From Epiperipatus broadwayi (Eukaryota; Animalia; Onychophora): 64,000 bases of DNA. The stretch covers positions 15,686,001-15,750,000 of the forward strand of contig JAQFVV010000007.1 of NCBI GenBank assembly GCA_028023455.1, written 5' to 3'. How positions within the stretch are numbered: the first letter of the stretch is position 1; each line of letters starts with the position of its first letter. Both the position numbers and the translations under genes were made by a program. The notes under the pieces are model-generated. The model was given only the letters and a program-made list of their open reading frames with translations, was not told the DNA's origin and searched no databases. This document shows, in pieces, positions 38,994 through 52,638 of this stretch.

Positions 38994-40418
38994 CCATATT
39001 CCTTTGAATTTATGACATCCTCAAATCTAAGATGCAGTAGGATTTTAAACCGGAGAAATTGGGGAAAAATTTTTTTTAACGATTTTACTGAAAAGTAAAA
39101 TACTTTTTATTTATTTTAAATGGAAACTGATATAAAAACAGTAAACTCACCTAATTTATTATGAATCTTCCTCAGATAACTTTGACTTTCAGTGTCTTCA
39201 CTTTCAGAACTTGAATACTCATCTTTACTAGTCCACCAAAGTACATCATCTTCACTGTCATTTAAATAGTTAGCAATGCAACATTTTAAGAAAGACTTTT
39301 TAATAATTTTTTAGGGATAATCTTTCCAAGACTACAAAATCTACTAATCTATTATGGATATTGAAAAAGCTTGTATCATGTGATTGGAGTTTACAAGTCA
39401 TACCTGTTGGTATTATTACCAGTTCACAGTTTTTTGTTTTTACTTTAAGCATAATGTCATCCAATTATGCGGTAAATTGCAGCTGAATGTTATAATAATT
39501 TCTTTATCAATTTGCTTTCATGTAAAAATAATTTTTTCTAATAAAATTTGAATCATTCTTTGAAAATAATTAATATTTTCATAATTTTTCTGGAAAAAAT
39601 TTAAATTGTGTGAAAAAAGATTCTAAAGCATTCATTTTCACTTTGCAATTCAATAGAAAAACATTGGGAATTATCAATATCATTGACGGATGCTTTCTTG
39701 TGTCAACAACAAAAAACAATTAATCAGTACCTTGGAAGGGAATTTTTTATCACATTGTTTCTAACTTTAAATTTAAATATTATTGATTGACTAATTGTAA
39801 AAAAATTCAAAAGGTTATTCAATGCAGTAAAATCAACAAAATAATGTTAAATGTTACTAAAATGTTTATTTTCACTTTGAAATACAAAATGTAAACATCG
39901 GAAACTGTCAAAATAATTTATTAGTTATTAAAAATTTGAGCGATTATTTAGAACAATTTTCAAGATAATATAATAATAAAATCATCAAATTAATGTTAAA
40001 AAATACTAAAACACTTGTTTTCACTTTGAAATTCAAAATAAAAACATTTGCAACTGTCAAAATGATTTATTAGTTGTAAAAATATTCTAAAAGTTATTCA
40101 GTGCAGTTTTTTTGATAAAATATGGTAAAATCGGCATAATATTAAAAATCACATTTTAAAGAGGGTTAAAGCTGTTTATGAAATTAATCGAAAAAAATAT
40201 TGACATTTAATGTTAAATCTTTTTGCTTTTGATTAAAAAAGACTTAACATGCTCTTCTACACAGGGATGTCAATTGTAATACTGTGTGCATGTATAGTGT
40301 GAAGCAAAGAACTGCAAAAATAAAGTGTTAAAATTTTTATCTTTGAATTTAAGAAGTGCCACTCTTTTACAGGTCCAAAATTTGGGGGAAAAAGTGCATC
40401 TTAGATTTGAAGTAATAT
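38994..40418 (-). mobile_element. pogo/Tc2-like DNA transposon relic
   Basis: Minus strand ~39180-39470 reads ELVIIPTGMTCKLQSHD and KKSFLKCCIANYLNDSEDDVLW (pogo DDE_1 C-terminus); termini TCAAATCTAAGATGCA / TGCATCTTAGATTTGA. Confidence 0.85.
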
Positions 40419-43400
40419 ATATATTCTAACCTCCTCCCTCCGCTCGTCCTCTCTTAACATAATTATATTGTTTAAATTCCGGGTTCTAGCTCAGTTAACA
40501 ACTAAATAAATGAAATATCCAGCATTAATTAAAAATGATTACTAGCTCTAATCTTTAAAATACAAATACGGTTATATTTTTAAAATGAATTAACAAATAT
40601 TTACTATTTTCATGAGACATGGAGTGACGATACGGGGAACGAGATAGACTACATTGAGATATTATCCACATGATACTATCTCAATGGCATAAGAACACTA
40701 TTTCCCCTTTTTACTATACCAAATAACTAACTTATAGTATTCTTATGACTTTCTAAGCTCTATTCACTACGATTAATAATAATCATGTCTTAATATTCTT
40801 TGTAATAAGAATCTAGCTCAATTAAATAAAATTAAGTAAATAAATAAAATAAAGAAAATCAAATCTCAGGTTCATAAATTGTATTCTAACTGATTTAAAA
40901 TTACAGTAGTAAACTATGAAAAGGGAATTTTTTGTCATAATCTACTACACAGCAACTAACAATAATAAATAATAACAATAACAACAATAGTATAATATAA
41001 TCGTATTTCTTCCTAAATGAAATAAATAAATACGTACGTGGTAGTATTTTAATGATCTGACAACAGAATATGTGTGGCAACATTAGCATATATTTTAATT
41101 TAATATTGTGGCAACCTACTTATGACCAAGAAATAATATAAAATTATGATCTTTTAATTTTAACCATACCACTAAATTCTCAAAATTATTATAACACTTT
41201 TATGTTTACCTATTTTGTGCAAAAAACTATATGTCTGTTTTAATTATAAATGTATCGTGATATCATGCATCCATGTGGAGAAATAACAACGAGGACACAA
41301 AACTTTAAAATAAATTTACAACAAAGTTTATTAATAACATAAACAAATAACAATATTTTACATTATGTACATTGGATATCCTTACTCTCCTATCACAACT
41401 TCGTTTACTAGTTTATAAAAAAAATGAAAATCAAACTTCTATTTATTTCCCTAGTTAACTCTTATCTTTTAAATGCTTAAGAAAATACAGTATTATTATT
41501 ATTGGATTTCTTATTATGGTTAGCTTGTTACAAAATGTATTTCTTATCGGATTATCATTAACACTTTGTATCCCTACTATTATTAAAATTATATTTTTAA
41601 TTTTACAAAATTTACATTCGTAGTAAACATTCTACAAAAACAATAAAATTCTAGCTTTATATTGGTTGTATGGAATTCTACAAATTCAAAAAACATTCTT
41701 CTACATTCGGTATTAAGTTTTATTGTTCATGATCCGATGTTTATTAATCCTAATATATTCATTCAAGCCTTACTTCGGATGATATAATTACAACCATTAA
41801 CATACCATGCACAAGTATATGTTTATTACACATTATTGAATTATTCTCTTAATAAATATGCAATATTTATTTTCTAAATATTATTTAAAACGTTCAAATT
41901 TTATTATCACTTTTAAAAAAAAAAACTTTGTTTAGATTTCTTTTTTTTTTTTAAAAAAAATCTTATATTCATTTCCGAATTAATTTTAAACTGTATTATA
42001 TGATTCTTTCTCTCTTTATGATATTTTGGACTTTCAATTTTAAAATTACACAATTCTAAACATTCCAGCAAATAAACTATTCTTACATAAACGATAACAT
42101 ATCTTCAATTCTATTTTATTCATTATTTCTTTGAAAATATCTCTCTGACGATGCAGATTCACGAAATAAGGATAGCGAAGATAGATGCATAGGATCAAAA
42201 TATATAACTAGGATATTACTCATCATAAACCTTGACAATAATGGCACAGTGAATTAAAAGACACTATAGAGGAGTGACCTTTACCTGTCTACCAACCTCT
42301 ATTATAGGAGTAATGCTAAAGCTATTTCTTCAGCTTTATTATAACATCAAAAAGTTTAAAGATATGAAAAAAAAAAACACTGTCCAAACTATATGTGTTC
42401 AGTCATAGGGCTTAGTTAGCTATACTGAAATCACACAAACTAAATCTGATCCAAATACTTTATTTTTCCTATTTCTTAACAAAAACATCATCTTGGTTTC
42501 CTCTCCACTAGTACTACCAAGTCACTATCCGATCTTATTTCTCAAGATTTTTCTATATGGTACATCGACAAATACCTATCTGCATTTCTAACAATAATAA
42601 AATTCATTTATTTCAAAACTATTCCACTGTTCTATAAGAAAATCTTTTTACTACTTTCCTCGTATATTTTTATCATATACAAACTATTTTAAAATATCTG
42701 AATACTTTATCACATGAAAGTTCAAAAGAATCACACAATTGTTCTGTCGAATTATATTATTGATATACTTTAAATAACTTATTGCATGCATATTCAGAAT
42801 TACTCCTATCTCATAATATGTTTTAAAATGTTGTATAAAATGTGTACATATAATTTAAACTTTCACACATCATTCTTAATCAATCGATGATCTAAAAAAA
42901 AAATACATTATGCATTATAAATAAATATCAAAATTACCAAATGATCTTTATCTTCTCGATCACGTTCCGTAGGCTTTACCATCCATTTGATTCTTGTAGA
43001 TATAAGACTCCCATACACACTTTATTTTTAAACAATATATCTATCATTATATCAAGCTATTATATTTAATTTTTTAATATTACTAAATTTATGTTTATAT
43101 GTTTTCCCTAATCTCACATAACATTTTATATTTTAAAATAAATTAGTAAAAATATATTTAAATTATATTTACGGTACTTCTTTATCGAATTTTCTTGAAA
43201 ATCGTTCATATTGAAGCTAAAAAAAATATTATTTCTTCTTCAGTCACTTAATGTTCTATTTTAAGGCAAAAACAATTATTGCTCTGTTTAATAAATATTC
43301 ATAAATGACAATCCTTGGTTTTCATAATATTGAATATAATTATCAATTCTTGATATCAATTAATCCTGTAAAGAAAAACGTCTACATATTCTCTTCTAAT

Positions 43401-46091
43401 ATTGTCTGCTAATATTTTCCCGCGCGACTTTTACGATGCATCTTCTGGGTACTTTTTATTTAAATATTTAATAAAATTTTTCTGTTTCCGTGGATCCATT
43501 TTCATTAAGTAATTTAATTTTATATTTTTTAAATCGAGCCTTTCCTCCATTGAATACTTTATAATATTTTTTTTTAATTCCTTTTGGATAAAGTTTTCCG
43601 TTCTTTTCCATAAAACGCATAATAGCACTTTCATATTATTCTATTACTTTTTTTCTTTATTTAAACTTCAGGTACTATATTTTTATAATGTTTCTTTTAT
43701 AAGATAAACCTTCTTTCTTCATTATACATTTACATAATTTTCTTTATAATAAAAACGCATATTAAATTTTTCCATAGAGAAGAATAAAAAACTTCAAAGT
43801 AGCCTTATAAAATTGTGCGTCATAATTTTTTCCTGACGGTAAGTAACTTCTCTTTTAAATTTTCGTATAGCGTCCCAATTATATTTCTCTGAGTTATAAT
43901 AATAAGTTTCTGGTTGAGCATAAATAAAGCTGTATTAAGGCACTTTCCAAATAATTTTTCCTCAGCAATATTTTTAGGTATTTTTCCTTGTACTTCCATT
44001 TTACTGTACGGTTTTGGTTAAACTCGAATAAAATATCCTGGTAAGATAACTTTTAAAATTAGCAATCCATGTAGAGGCAGTCAAAATATATTATATGTTA
44101 CAAAAGAACTTTTAAAATAAATACAAAATTTTAAATTTATATCACTTTTCCAGCTACGGTGTTATCAGCTAAAAAAATATGTTACTTTCTCTTTCACTTA
44201 CACATTACTTCTCCTCCCGCTCCGTCTAATTCTTATATCTTGTCTGCTAAATTACCTCCGTTGATTGGTTATTGACTTTTTAGCGCGAACAAATTTACAC
44301 ATTTTAGTTTTATAACAGACTAGACTTTTTAAAATAAGAATTGATGACGTCATGTCTTAAATATTATTTAGACTATATTTTTAAATTCAATTATAGTTTT
44401 ATCAAAATTATTTAAACTTTAAAAACAATTATTAAAACAATATTTAATATTTCAACTTGTACTTTAAGGATCGATAGCAACTATATTTAGTTTCAAATTC
44501 ACAAACTTTATTATTATTTTAACAAGTGTGTGTGTGAAGGTATATAATATACAGTCACGTGTTTACTAACTTTATCAAATGATTTTTTATTTACGTCTCG
44601 GTCTAAATTACCAAAACTGATATATTTTATAAAAAAATTTGGAAAATAATTTTAAAATGTTGAACTAAATATAATTCTCACCATCTTAAAGTTTATTTTA
44701 AACTATACTCTATTAATTTTGACTATTAAATATAATTATACACTACATATAGCATTTATTTAATTTATTAGTTTTAAAATATTATACTCAAATTATTAAT
44801 ATACTTTTAAACTATTTATAGCTGTATTATTTTATATGGCCAGCTTTTACAACCATAAGCAATGATATAATTAAGCTTTATTTAACTGTTTTCTTTTAAA
44901 ATAATCTTTTATATTTTTATATACCAGGTATTTTCAGCTTTAAATTGTACTATAAAATCTAATTATCCTACTATTATTTATATATCATACAAATATAACT
45001 TAAAATTTAAATTTTTTTAGTAATTGACCTTTCTACCTTATTATGACTTATAGATAAGGGCACAATATGTAAAAAATATTGAAGTTTAAATATAAAATTT
45101 AATAAGATTTATTGTACCAAGTATGCATTCAATGTTTTTGCATCGTATTCAATAGAACATTAATAATTAGAATGACAGAGTATCAAAATATAATTATATA
45201 TATATATATATATATTACTATAGTTATTTTATTCACTCCCTATCTTAAGTACTTTTTTAACTAACCTATCTATTTATATTATTCTAATATTTTGAATGAA
45301 TCAATGACTAGCAATCGGACTGTAATTTAAAATTAAATGAAAAATTTAATTGAATTAATTATGACTTGCCCTCCTATAGTGATGACAAATTAGACAACAG
45401 AAAGAAAAGTGAAGTGTTTATTTTATTTGTGCTGTCTAACTAAAAATGGTCAGATTAATAAGCATATATATATATATATTGGCCAGCTCTAGTTCTTATA
45501 ATGGGTAGATTTTCTAGATTTATATATGAATAGAAATAATGGTTTAACAAAAACCTAAAATTGGGTTGCAAAACTATGAAACTAATAATTTAAATTTTAT
45601 AAATTAAAAAAAAAAAGACTTTTTTAATTTACATGTTATATATATATATATAATATAGTTTCCTATAGGTAGTACAGTTTGATTCAGTAGGTTGATTGGT
45701 TCACTACTAAAGGAATCATAAGTAAGTACTGACATAATCAACATTATATTTCGCACTGCTGAATCTTATTAGCAAAACACGAGATCCAAAATTATAGCAT
45801 GTTTTTTGAAATGATAGTAATATTGACAAAATAGAGACTATTTGATTAAGAGAACAAAGAACTAAACTGGATTTTTGTAATAAAAATAATAATTAATTAG
45901 TAACAATAGTAATACACATGTGAAATAATTACTGTATTTCTCCAAAAAGAAGACCCGGTCTTATATTAATTTTTGTTCCAAAAATGCTTTAGAACTTATT
46001 TGTAGGGGATGTCTTATTTCATGTACAAAAATCTAAATTTATTGAAGTACAAAAATCTGCACTTATATTTATTTATACAGTCAGTACTTTA

Positions 46092-47088
46092 TGAAGGGGT
46101 ACCCATCAGAATCATACTCTGATAGCTATGTTTGTTGTAGTACATGCTTCTGGATAACTTTTGTGAGGACCCTTGAGCATTAATCTGCCAAATGATGTCA
46201 TCATGTTAAATTGTGGTCACACATAGCTTTTTCTGTAAAGTGGGTTATGTATATTTGTTGATTTTTGTAATGGCTGAAAATTGAAACAATATAAAATTCT
46301 GCTTTCTTTTACAGTAAATAGTAGGCAAAACTCTTGTCAAGCGCTGTTAGCCGAGAGATTATCACGCCGCTTTGCAAGCAAGAAGTTGGTTGCAGACGGT
46401 TGTGGGTTCGCGTCCCGGCCGAAGCTATGACATATAGAAAAAAAAAACAAAAAAATAGTTGTTCTGCATGAAACAGCTTATACACAAGTTGCTATGGGAA
46501 AACACAAGTTTATGAGTGGTTTAATTGAAACATTATATTCACATCTCAAAAAAGCAATGTGAGTGAAGACAAATATCTAGATAATGTGGAATTTTTTTTT
46601 TGGATGGTAATGGCATTGTTTACTTAGAATTTGTTCATAATGATCAGACATTTAAAATGTGCAAGTTCTGAAACTTTTGCATGATGTGTTTTTGTGGCAA
46701 AGTAAGGAATTCATGTTCCATTTATGACAACATGCTAGCACATAAAGCATAATTGTGAAACAATTTTTAATTAAATTCAGCATGACTCAGTTTATTCATC
46801 TACCACATTTGTTCAATCTCACTCTATATGACTTTGTTTTAATCTCTTGAATGAAAAAATATCTTTTTTTTTTTTTTGGTGAACTTAAAACTGGTGAAGA
46901 AAAAACAAGACATTAAATGGCAGCATTTTGCAAGTGTTTTCAGACTATCTTGAAGAGTGAAACACACATTTAGATTGGTGCATTGCATTAAATAGACAAT
47001 ACTTTGAAAGATATTCAATTTGCAACATCTAAAAATAAATATACAATTTTTTATTACAAAATTCCCATTATTTTTGGGTGTACCTTCA
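46092..47088 (+). mobile_element. mariner relic
   Basis: TIR-like TATGAAGGGGTACCCA / TGGGTGTACCTTCATA; decayed GKTQVYEWF, HDN..AH and HLPHLFNLTLYDF (HPPYSPDLAP.DF) motifs; C-terminal CI...QYFE.D. Confidence 0.8.
46341..46454 (+). mobile_element. tRNA-derived SINE inside the mariner
   Basis: A-box-like TAGCCGAGAGAT, B box GGTTCGCGTCC (46405-46415), A-rich tail; CpGs retained. Confidence 0.7.
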
Positions 47089-47484
47089 TATTATGTCCAC
47101 GTGTTTCAATGGATGAACAAAATCCATTCATTTGGCTTGACAATCTTAAGTAGGGCTTATATTTGGAGTAAGGCTTATATTGTGAGTATCCTGAAAAATA
47201 ATGCTAGGGCTTTTTTTTGGGTCTTATTTTTGGGGGAACACAATATTTACAAAGTGCCTATTCAACCATTTACATACTGTGTTTCCCTGAAAATAAGATC
47301 TAACCATAAAATAAGCCCTAACATGATTTTTCAGGATGTTGATAATATAAGCCCCACCCCAAATATAAGACCTAATTAAGATTCTCAGCCTGGAAGATGG
47401 ATAATATTCGTCAATTGAAACACACTGAGAAATATATAAAATTATAAAGTAATGAATATAAGATTGAAAATGTTTATATATATA

Positions 47485-47642
47485 TGAAAAACAAAAAAAC
47501 ACAAGTTAAAAAACTTGCTAACGCTTGTATTTATGATAAACAGATGGCATTCTACCAAAAACACCGTCAAGCATAGTTTTCTGTTTATGTAAACAGAAAA
47601 CTACGCTTGACAGTGTTTTTGGTAGAACGCCATCTGTTATCA
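47485..47642. mobile_element. short (TA)n-targeting foldback element, relative of 27274-27872
   Basis: Tail 47485-47533 is the reverse complement of 27827-27872; near-perfect hairpin 47534-47642; (TA)n on both sides. Confidence 0.85.
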
Positions 47643-47656
47643 TATATATATATATA

Positions 47657-47824
47657 GGCTGCAGAAAGGAGTTTGCTTTTAACTGAAAGGAGACCCTTTG
47701 ATTCCTCTTGGAGGCCTTAAAGGAACTGAGCAGGGTAAATTCCTCTTGCCCACTCCATACGTTCTTGTTGTTGCAGCTATTATTACTATGTGATTATTCA
47801 TATAGTATACAAACATGGATGGGC
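47657..47824 (+). ncRNA. HDV-like ribozyme candidate at the RTE 5' end
   Basis: P1 GGCTGCA/TGCAGCT with G1.U; P2 GCCCACTCCAT/ATGGATGGGC; P3 ACG/TGT; L3 TTCTTGT; 10-bp P4; C at 47810. P1.1 does not pair. Confidence 0.65.
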
Positions 47825-47981
47825 TGCTCACCAACATGCAATAGTCAGTGTGGTGAGTTTATTGGCTTTTTACCTCTGAGTTTAAGATCAAGAAACAGCA
47901 TGGTCTTTCTTCTCAGTTGCCTGATAAGGCAGAATGAATATTTGTGTAAATGATAAATATTTTTCTAAAATATATACAATT

Positions 47982-50905
47982 ATGACAGACAAAAATAAAT
48001 CATGGCCCTTATTCACAGGAGGCTGTAAAGTCACAAACCAAGGCAGCAGTTGGTGGTCAAAGGTGTAGGGTGCTAAGAATCCCCTGATGTGGACCCAAGC
48101 TTCCATTTGATGATGACTTTTTATTTAGGTACTTACAACTGCAGATCACTTTCAAGTGAAGGAAGATGGCAAGAATTACAATAAGAGCTGTCTTATATTA
48201 AATGGGACATTATTGGGCTTTGTGAAGTTAGAAGAAAATGTGAAATGACAATTGATTTAAAAAGAGGACATGTACTCTATTATAAAGGTACAAATATTGG
48301 AAATACAAGCGGAGTAGGATTAATTATAAATAAAAAAATGGAAGAACAACATTGTGGAGATTGATGGTGTATCAGACAGAGTGGTAAGATTAGTTATAAA
48401 ACTTAATAGCAGATACCAAATGCAGAGAATTCATGTTAATGCCCCAACAAGTTCTCATAGTCATGAAGTAGTAGAAGATTTTTATAAGGATATACAAAAG
48501 GCTTTTGATCAGAGTAAACAACATTTTAAAATTGTTATGGGAGACTTTAATGCTAGAATTGATAAACAAATGAAAAATGAAAGTGCTGTAGGTAATTTTG
48601 GTTATGGTAATAGAAATGAGAGAGGACATAGACTTGTGGATTTTTCAGAAAAAGAAAAACTTTATATTATGAATTCTTTTTTTGAGAAAAATGTTAAAAG
48701 GAAATGGACATGGAAGCATCCAAATGAAAGTACAGCAGAATTGGATTACATTTTGACTAAAAGAAAATACATATTTCAAGATTGTAATATTCTTAATACA
48801 TTTAACATAGGAAGTGATCATCGATTAGTAAGATGTAAGATACATGTTAATGCAAAACTAGAGAGACAAAAATTATTAAGAAAACAATATTTACAGTTGA
48901 TATTCTTAATCTTCAGAAACTTTCTAATGAATTTAAATTAGAACTTACAAATCGGTTTCAAGTATTATTAGATTTTGAACATGATTCAGATTTGAATGAC
49001 ATTAATAGGAAAATAACTGATACACTTTTAAAAATTGCAACAAAGATAGCTGGTAGAAAAAAGCAGCAATTGACCAATAAAATTTCTACTGAGACTAGAG
49101 AATTTATGAAAAAAAGAAGGAATATGAGGATATACAACAATGATGCATTAAAAAAGATTGAATATCTCAAATTTTGTAAAATGGTGCAGAAAAGAGTTAA
49201 ATATGATATAAGAAAGTATAAATGTGAACTAGCAAGGAAAGCTGTAGAAGAGAATAAAAATCTCAAGAGTGTAAAACAACATTTTGGTATTGGTAGGAAA
49301 TTTATATCTGCAATAAGAAAAAAAGATGGAATTATTACTAAAAAGAGAGATGGTATCATGAAATGGGTTGAGTAGAAGACTTTTTTCAAGAATTATATAA
49401 TAATAAAGAAAAAGTATCTCCTATATCTATTACATCTTCTGAATTGCACAGAATTTTAAATGAAAAAGTAAGACATGCAATTAAATGTACGAAGAAAGGA
49501 AAGGCTCCAGGTAATGATGGAATTATAATTGATATAATAAAAGAAGCAGGTGAAGAAATATATATATTTTTTAGCAAAGTTATATACCAAATGTCTAAAT
49601 GATAAAGATGTACCAGATAATTGGAATAATGCAGTATTAATATTAATGTTTAAAAAAAGGTGATAAAGAAGATATTAGAAATTATAGACCTATCAGCCTT
49701 TTATCAGTTTTATACAAAATTTTTGCCAAGATAATTACAACTCGTCTACAGAGAACATTGGATTTTCACCAACCAAGACAACAAGCTGGATTTAAAAGTG
49801 GTTTTAGTACAGTAGATCATATTCAGGTCTTGAGAGAAGTTATAGAAAGGACAAATAAATATGAGTTGCCATTATGCTTTGGATTTGTAGATTATGAAAA
49901 TGCATTTGATTCTATAAACATACAGTGATTAAAGCACTGGATCATCAAGGTATAGATCCAGGATATTGTCATATTTTAAAGAATATTTATAAAAATGCAA
50001 CAGCAACAATTAGATTACATCACATAATGGTACTAGGAAAATCAACATTGAGAAGGTTGTAAGACAGGCTGACTCCATATCTCCAAAACTTTTTACAACA
50101 GTGCTGCAAGAAGTATTTTGTGAATTAAAATGGGAAACTAAAGGAGTGAAAGTAAATGGAGATTATTTAAGTCATTTAGATTTTGCAGATGATGTAGTTG
50201 TTTTTGCAAATAATGCTTTAGAGCTGCAGGAAATGTTGCAGGAATTATCAGATAAAAGTAAGAAAGTAGGACTAAAGATAAATGTTAAAAAGACAAGTAA
50301 TGTTTAATGGATTTTCTCAAAATATGAAAATAAAGATTGACTATGATGAGATAGAAGAAGTTAACAGTTACAAATACCATGGTCATATTATTAATACAGA
50401 TGGAAACATAATGGATGAAATTAATTACAGAATTAAACTTGGTTGGAGTGCGTTTGGTAGAAATGACTTGATAAAAGGAAATATGCCTATGTGTTTGAAA
50501 AGGAAGGTTTGTAATAAATGTGTTTTACCAGTTCTTATTTATGGATCTGAGACTTGGACACTTAATAGAAGAGCAATACAGAGGCTTCAGATCACTCAAA
50601 GAAGTATGGAAAGATGCATGTTGGGTGTAACAAGAAGAGATCAAAAACGTAATATATGGGTAAGAGAACAAACAGGTGTTACTGACCTCATTGAAAAAAT
50701 TAAAAGATTGAAGTGGAGTTGGGCTGGACATATTGCTAGAAGAGATGATAATAGATGGACAATTGAAATTTTAAACGGGTTTCCAAGAGATTGTAAAAGA
50801 CCCAGAAAAAGACCACACACGAGATGGGTGGATGAAATAAAAAAGTGTGCAGGAGTAATGTGGAGAAGAGAAGCTAAAGATCGTAGAAGATGGATTGAAC
50901 TTTGA
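47982..50905 (+). pseudogene. RTE ORF: AP endonuclease plus reverse transcriptase, with frameshifts and stops
   Basis: GTYNCRSL, WDIIGLCEVRR, MGDFNA, LDYIL, SDHRLV (APE); YRPISLLS, QAGFKSG, RQADSISP, FADD (RT); WAGHIARR. Confidence 0.92.
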
Positions 50906-51247
50906 GAGACCTTCATCCTGCAGTGGATTGGTAATGGTTGATAATGATATATATATATTACAACTAATGAATGTATAAATATAAATGTAAATTTTGGGAT
51001 TTGAATAAATGTTACTGAAAATTATTTTGCAGGTAGTCTCATAACTAATTATTTTAATAAGCTTGCAAACACAATTTTTCTTTACATTTATCAGTGTGCC
51101 TGCCTTGATTTAGTCTGATATGAGAATTCCTCATTTATCTGATATCCAACCATATATATTGTAAATAAATCAGCATTAATATCCAAAAAAAAGCTGAAAC
51201 TTATTATTAGCGCATGATCTCAGTTCACAAATTAATCTAGCAAGCTT

Positions 51248-51470
51248 GGAATAGTTTGAAGCCTGTCCATTAAAGTATGAAGATTGGCTATCTTAATATA
51301 AAGCTGATCACTGATTGTATATATGTGTGGAGATGGTAATCTGGACCAACTGATGACTGCTGGTTTATCTTTTCAACATGTGTGTGATCAGGTGAGTCAG
51401 CAGTACGAGATGGCATGGAGAGCTGAGGGTTGAGTGAAAGTCTTGAGTTCGAATCCCGCATACATTATAT
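51248..51470 (+). mobile_element. family A repeat with internally deleted hammerhead
   Basis: ACCAA-CTGATGA-CTGCTGGTT joins directly to TATCTTTTC; ends GAGTTCGAATCCCGCATA. Confidence 0.8.
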
Positions 51471-51477
51471 ATATATG

Positions 51478-51570
51478 ATCAATAGATGGAGTTTTACCAA
51501 GACCTCAAAACAAGCGTATTTATTTGTTTACATAAACGTCAGAGTCAATATTCACTGTCTCTTTCATTGC
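51478..51570. mobile_element. single-arm fragment of the (TA)n foldback family
   Basis: TGATCAATAGATGG...GTTTACATAAACGTCAGAG...ATTCACT follows (TA)n, with the same terminus as 27274. Confidence 0.75.
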
Positions 51571-52418
51571 AGGTTTAAGCCTGTATAGTGTATTAACTTA
51601 ATGTTTTATATATTATTTAAAATTAAATATTACTAATTTCAGTAACACATGAATAACTTTTAATATTCTCGTATATAATAAGAATATTTTGTGATATAAT
51701 TATAATCCTAAATGTGAGATATTCAAGTAGTAGTAAAAGTTATTTATATACTTGTTAAAACTGGTAATATTGAATAAATGTAGATTTTTGTACATAACAC
51801 ATGGACTGAAAATAATAAGTCCTAAGCTGTCTTTTGGAGCAAAAATTAATATAAAACTGGGTTTTATTTTTAGCAAAATATATATAAAGGCTTAATCAGA
51901 ATGCATTTGCGTGAATAAACTACTCTATCTAACTTAGATACTATTAACTTGTCATTAAGATATATAAATTAATGGAATAACTTAATATATAATAGGAAAG
52001 ACGTTTTGATTTAAAATATATCGCAAAGAATAAAATAAAGAAATGATAATGGCATAAGATAAATACCCAATGTATAGAATAAATAGTTATTATAATTGTA
52101 AATTAAAATACTGTAATCAATGAAATATGAGCAATTGATCTGATGATGAAAATACTATAGCACTATACCAAAAGACAGTTATGGGTAACTATGCAATATT
52201 ATATAAAACAGCTGTATATGTTTCTATTGGTCAAAAATCTGATCAAAAAAATTATAACTAGTAATTACAGGTTTTGATTAAATATTTGAAGTACAGACAC
52301 TTCACATACCAGGAGCCTAATTGTAAATATAGGGGATTTGAACTCAGACTTTCAAGCACCCTTCAACTATCCATACTATTTCATAACACTGATACACATG
52401 ACCACATACACGTAGAAA

Positions 52419-52484
52419 AGATAATCACCAATATACGTATTTCATGCTAAACCAGCCCTCATTAGTTGGTCCAGATTATCATTT
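52419..52484 (-). ncRNA. type I hammerhead motif, G5 mutated
   Basis: ACCAA-CTAATGA-GGGCTG GTT TAGCAT-GAA-ATACGTAT-A-TTGGT. Confidence 0.75.
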
Positions 52485-52638
52485 ACCACCACCCCCATAT
52501 ATATATAATCAGTGCTCAGTTTATATTAAGATAGCAAATCTTCATACTTTAAAATGGACAGGCTTCAATCCATTCCAAACTGCAATTCTTCAGCTATCTA
52601 TACCATTGAAAATCTGATGATCATATGATATGTGTGGG

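Larger units (their letters stand above)
45932..47243 (-). mobile_element. MITE (699-1532 family), internally deleted, split by a mariner
   Basis: Right end 45932-46085 and left end ~47132-47243, TA flanks. Confidence 0.75.
47657..50948 (+). mobile_element. full-length, decayed RTE-clade LINE
   Basis: 5' UTR, single APE-RT ORF, (GAT/AAT) tail, (TA)n flanks. Confidence 0.92.
47277..51882 (+). mobile_element. MITE (699-1532 family) split by nested insertions
   Basis: Pieces 47277-47455, 50960-51248 and ~51585-51882 are colinear with 699-1532. Confidence 0.8.

Noticed and set aside
48390-50916. Minus-strand ORFs 48390-48629, 48958-49389, 49386-49577, 50525-50731, 50641-50916
   Set aside because: Antisense shadows of the RTE ORF.
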